The notes beneath the pieces were generated by a model. That model ran no database searches. It saw only the letters and a program-made list of their open reading frames with translations, and was not told the DNA's origin. Below, piece after piece: positions 63,179 to 64,000 of a stretch of 64,000 nucleotides of DNA. Both the position numbers and the translations under genes were made by a program. The stretch is from Chrysemys picta bellii (lineage: Eukaryota): the NCBI RefSeq assembly GCF_011386835.1, contig NC_088793.1, positions 200,384,001 to 200,448,000 of the forward strand, given 5' to 3'. Within the stretch, counting starts at the first letter, position 1; each line of letters begins with the position of its first letter.

Positions 63179-63526
63179 GACAACCTTCACTCTGTGGGAG
63201 CCCATTGACCTTAATACGGCTCCAGAACAGGTGTCAGAGTTTACTCTTGTGGATCAGATTGCAGAATCAAGGCTTCATTTTGTCAGTCTGTTAGTAGGGC
63301 AGCACTCAAGGCTACTCTAACTAGTGCTGAGGGACAAATTGTACGGTCAAGAAGGCGCAAACCACCTCCCCACTTCGTTAAAAAATGAATCATCTGCTTT
63401 ATATTTCACCTACACAGCAGAATATGCAATCCGTTGCGAAAGGGCCTGAATACCTAAAGTCCTCAGTAATAAACTATATTCAGACAGTGCTGGGGTGAGG
63501 TTTTTTAATATATCATAATGAACTGA

Positions 63527-63842
63527 TTACACAAACCACTTCAGTTCCAAACAGAGCCCCTCAACACAGCTACTGACGCTGCTTTGAGTCAAGAAACAGA
63601 CGCCGAAGTGCATCTTATTCTTTATATCGCTTCTCGGCTCTTTGACTCTGGTCAAGTGTAGTGAAGATGATATTTTACGAGGGAGAACAAGTGGCATATC
63701 TTCGGTGGGTGTAAATTGCCAGCGCTCCATTGAGCTAGTTCCAGCTGAAGTTATGCCCCAAGTGTCTGCCAGTGAAGTGGGCGATGGAATTTGTATGGCA
63801 GGCGATTCTGAAGAAGAAGAAGATTTCTCAGTTAACAAGGTA
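63527..63842 (-). CDS. Candidate coding exon (S/T/P-rich); strand uncertain
   Basis: Pyrimidine-rich acceptor ...ctttcgtatatttgatttcctaag, then an open frame of about 105 codons to TAA; about 10 CpGs in 240 bp, not repeat-like; a plus-strand alternative (63657-63839) also fits. Confidence 0.45.
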
Positions 63843-64000
63843 CTTAGGAAATCAAATATACGAAAGGCATCAAGCAGGAAAGCTGAATAAAAATAAAGAT
63901 CAGCTCTCTAGATATGGTGACACACAGTGAATGGGTATTCTTTCACCATGAGAAAATTCAGGAGAGCTGGGGTGAAATACTGGCCTCACTGAAGTCAGTG

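Noticed and set aside
1-64000. CRISPR arrays, operons or other prokaryote-type systems
   Set aside because: No regularly spaced repeat-spacer array and no dense ORFs; the sequence is eukaryotic and rich in vertebrate transposons.

Overview
This is AT-rich vertebrate genomic DNA, most likely from a turtle. That call rests on its repeat content: CR1 LINEs, Penelope-like elements (PLEs), PIF/Harbinger, hAT and Tc1/mariner MITEs, solo LTRs, a DIRS remnant, MIR-like SINEs, a 5S-derived SINE head and an LF-SINE. No complete gene could be named, and nearly all ORF-track entries are chance ORFs or transposon fragments. Several minus-strand segments have strong splice sites and an open frame (best: 57831-57905, 16420-16460, 63527-63842), so the window may be intronic to a large gene I could not identify. 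The most interesting structures are: (1) a 5'-truncated RT/GIY-YIG Penelope element inserted into a different PLE family's terminal repeat, leaving two minimal hammerhead ribozyme motifs on opposite strands about 115 bp apart; (2) repeated local fold-back or template-switch inversions (6518-6833, 9083-9382, 55201-55284); (3) a near full-length LF-SINE split by a Harbinger MITE. I found no convincing evidence of a new biological system. Family assignments come from recalled consensus sequences, not from a database search.
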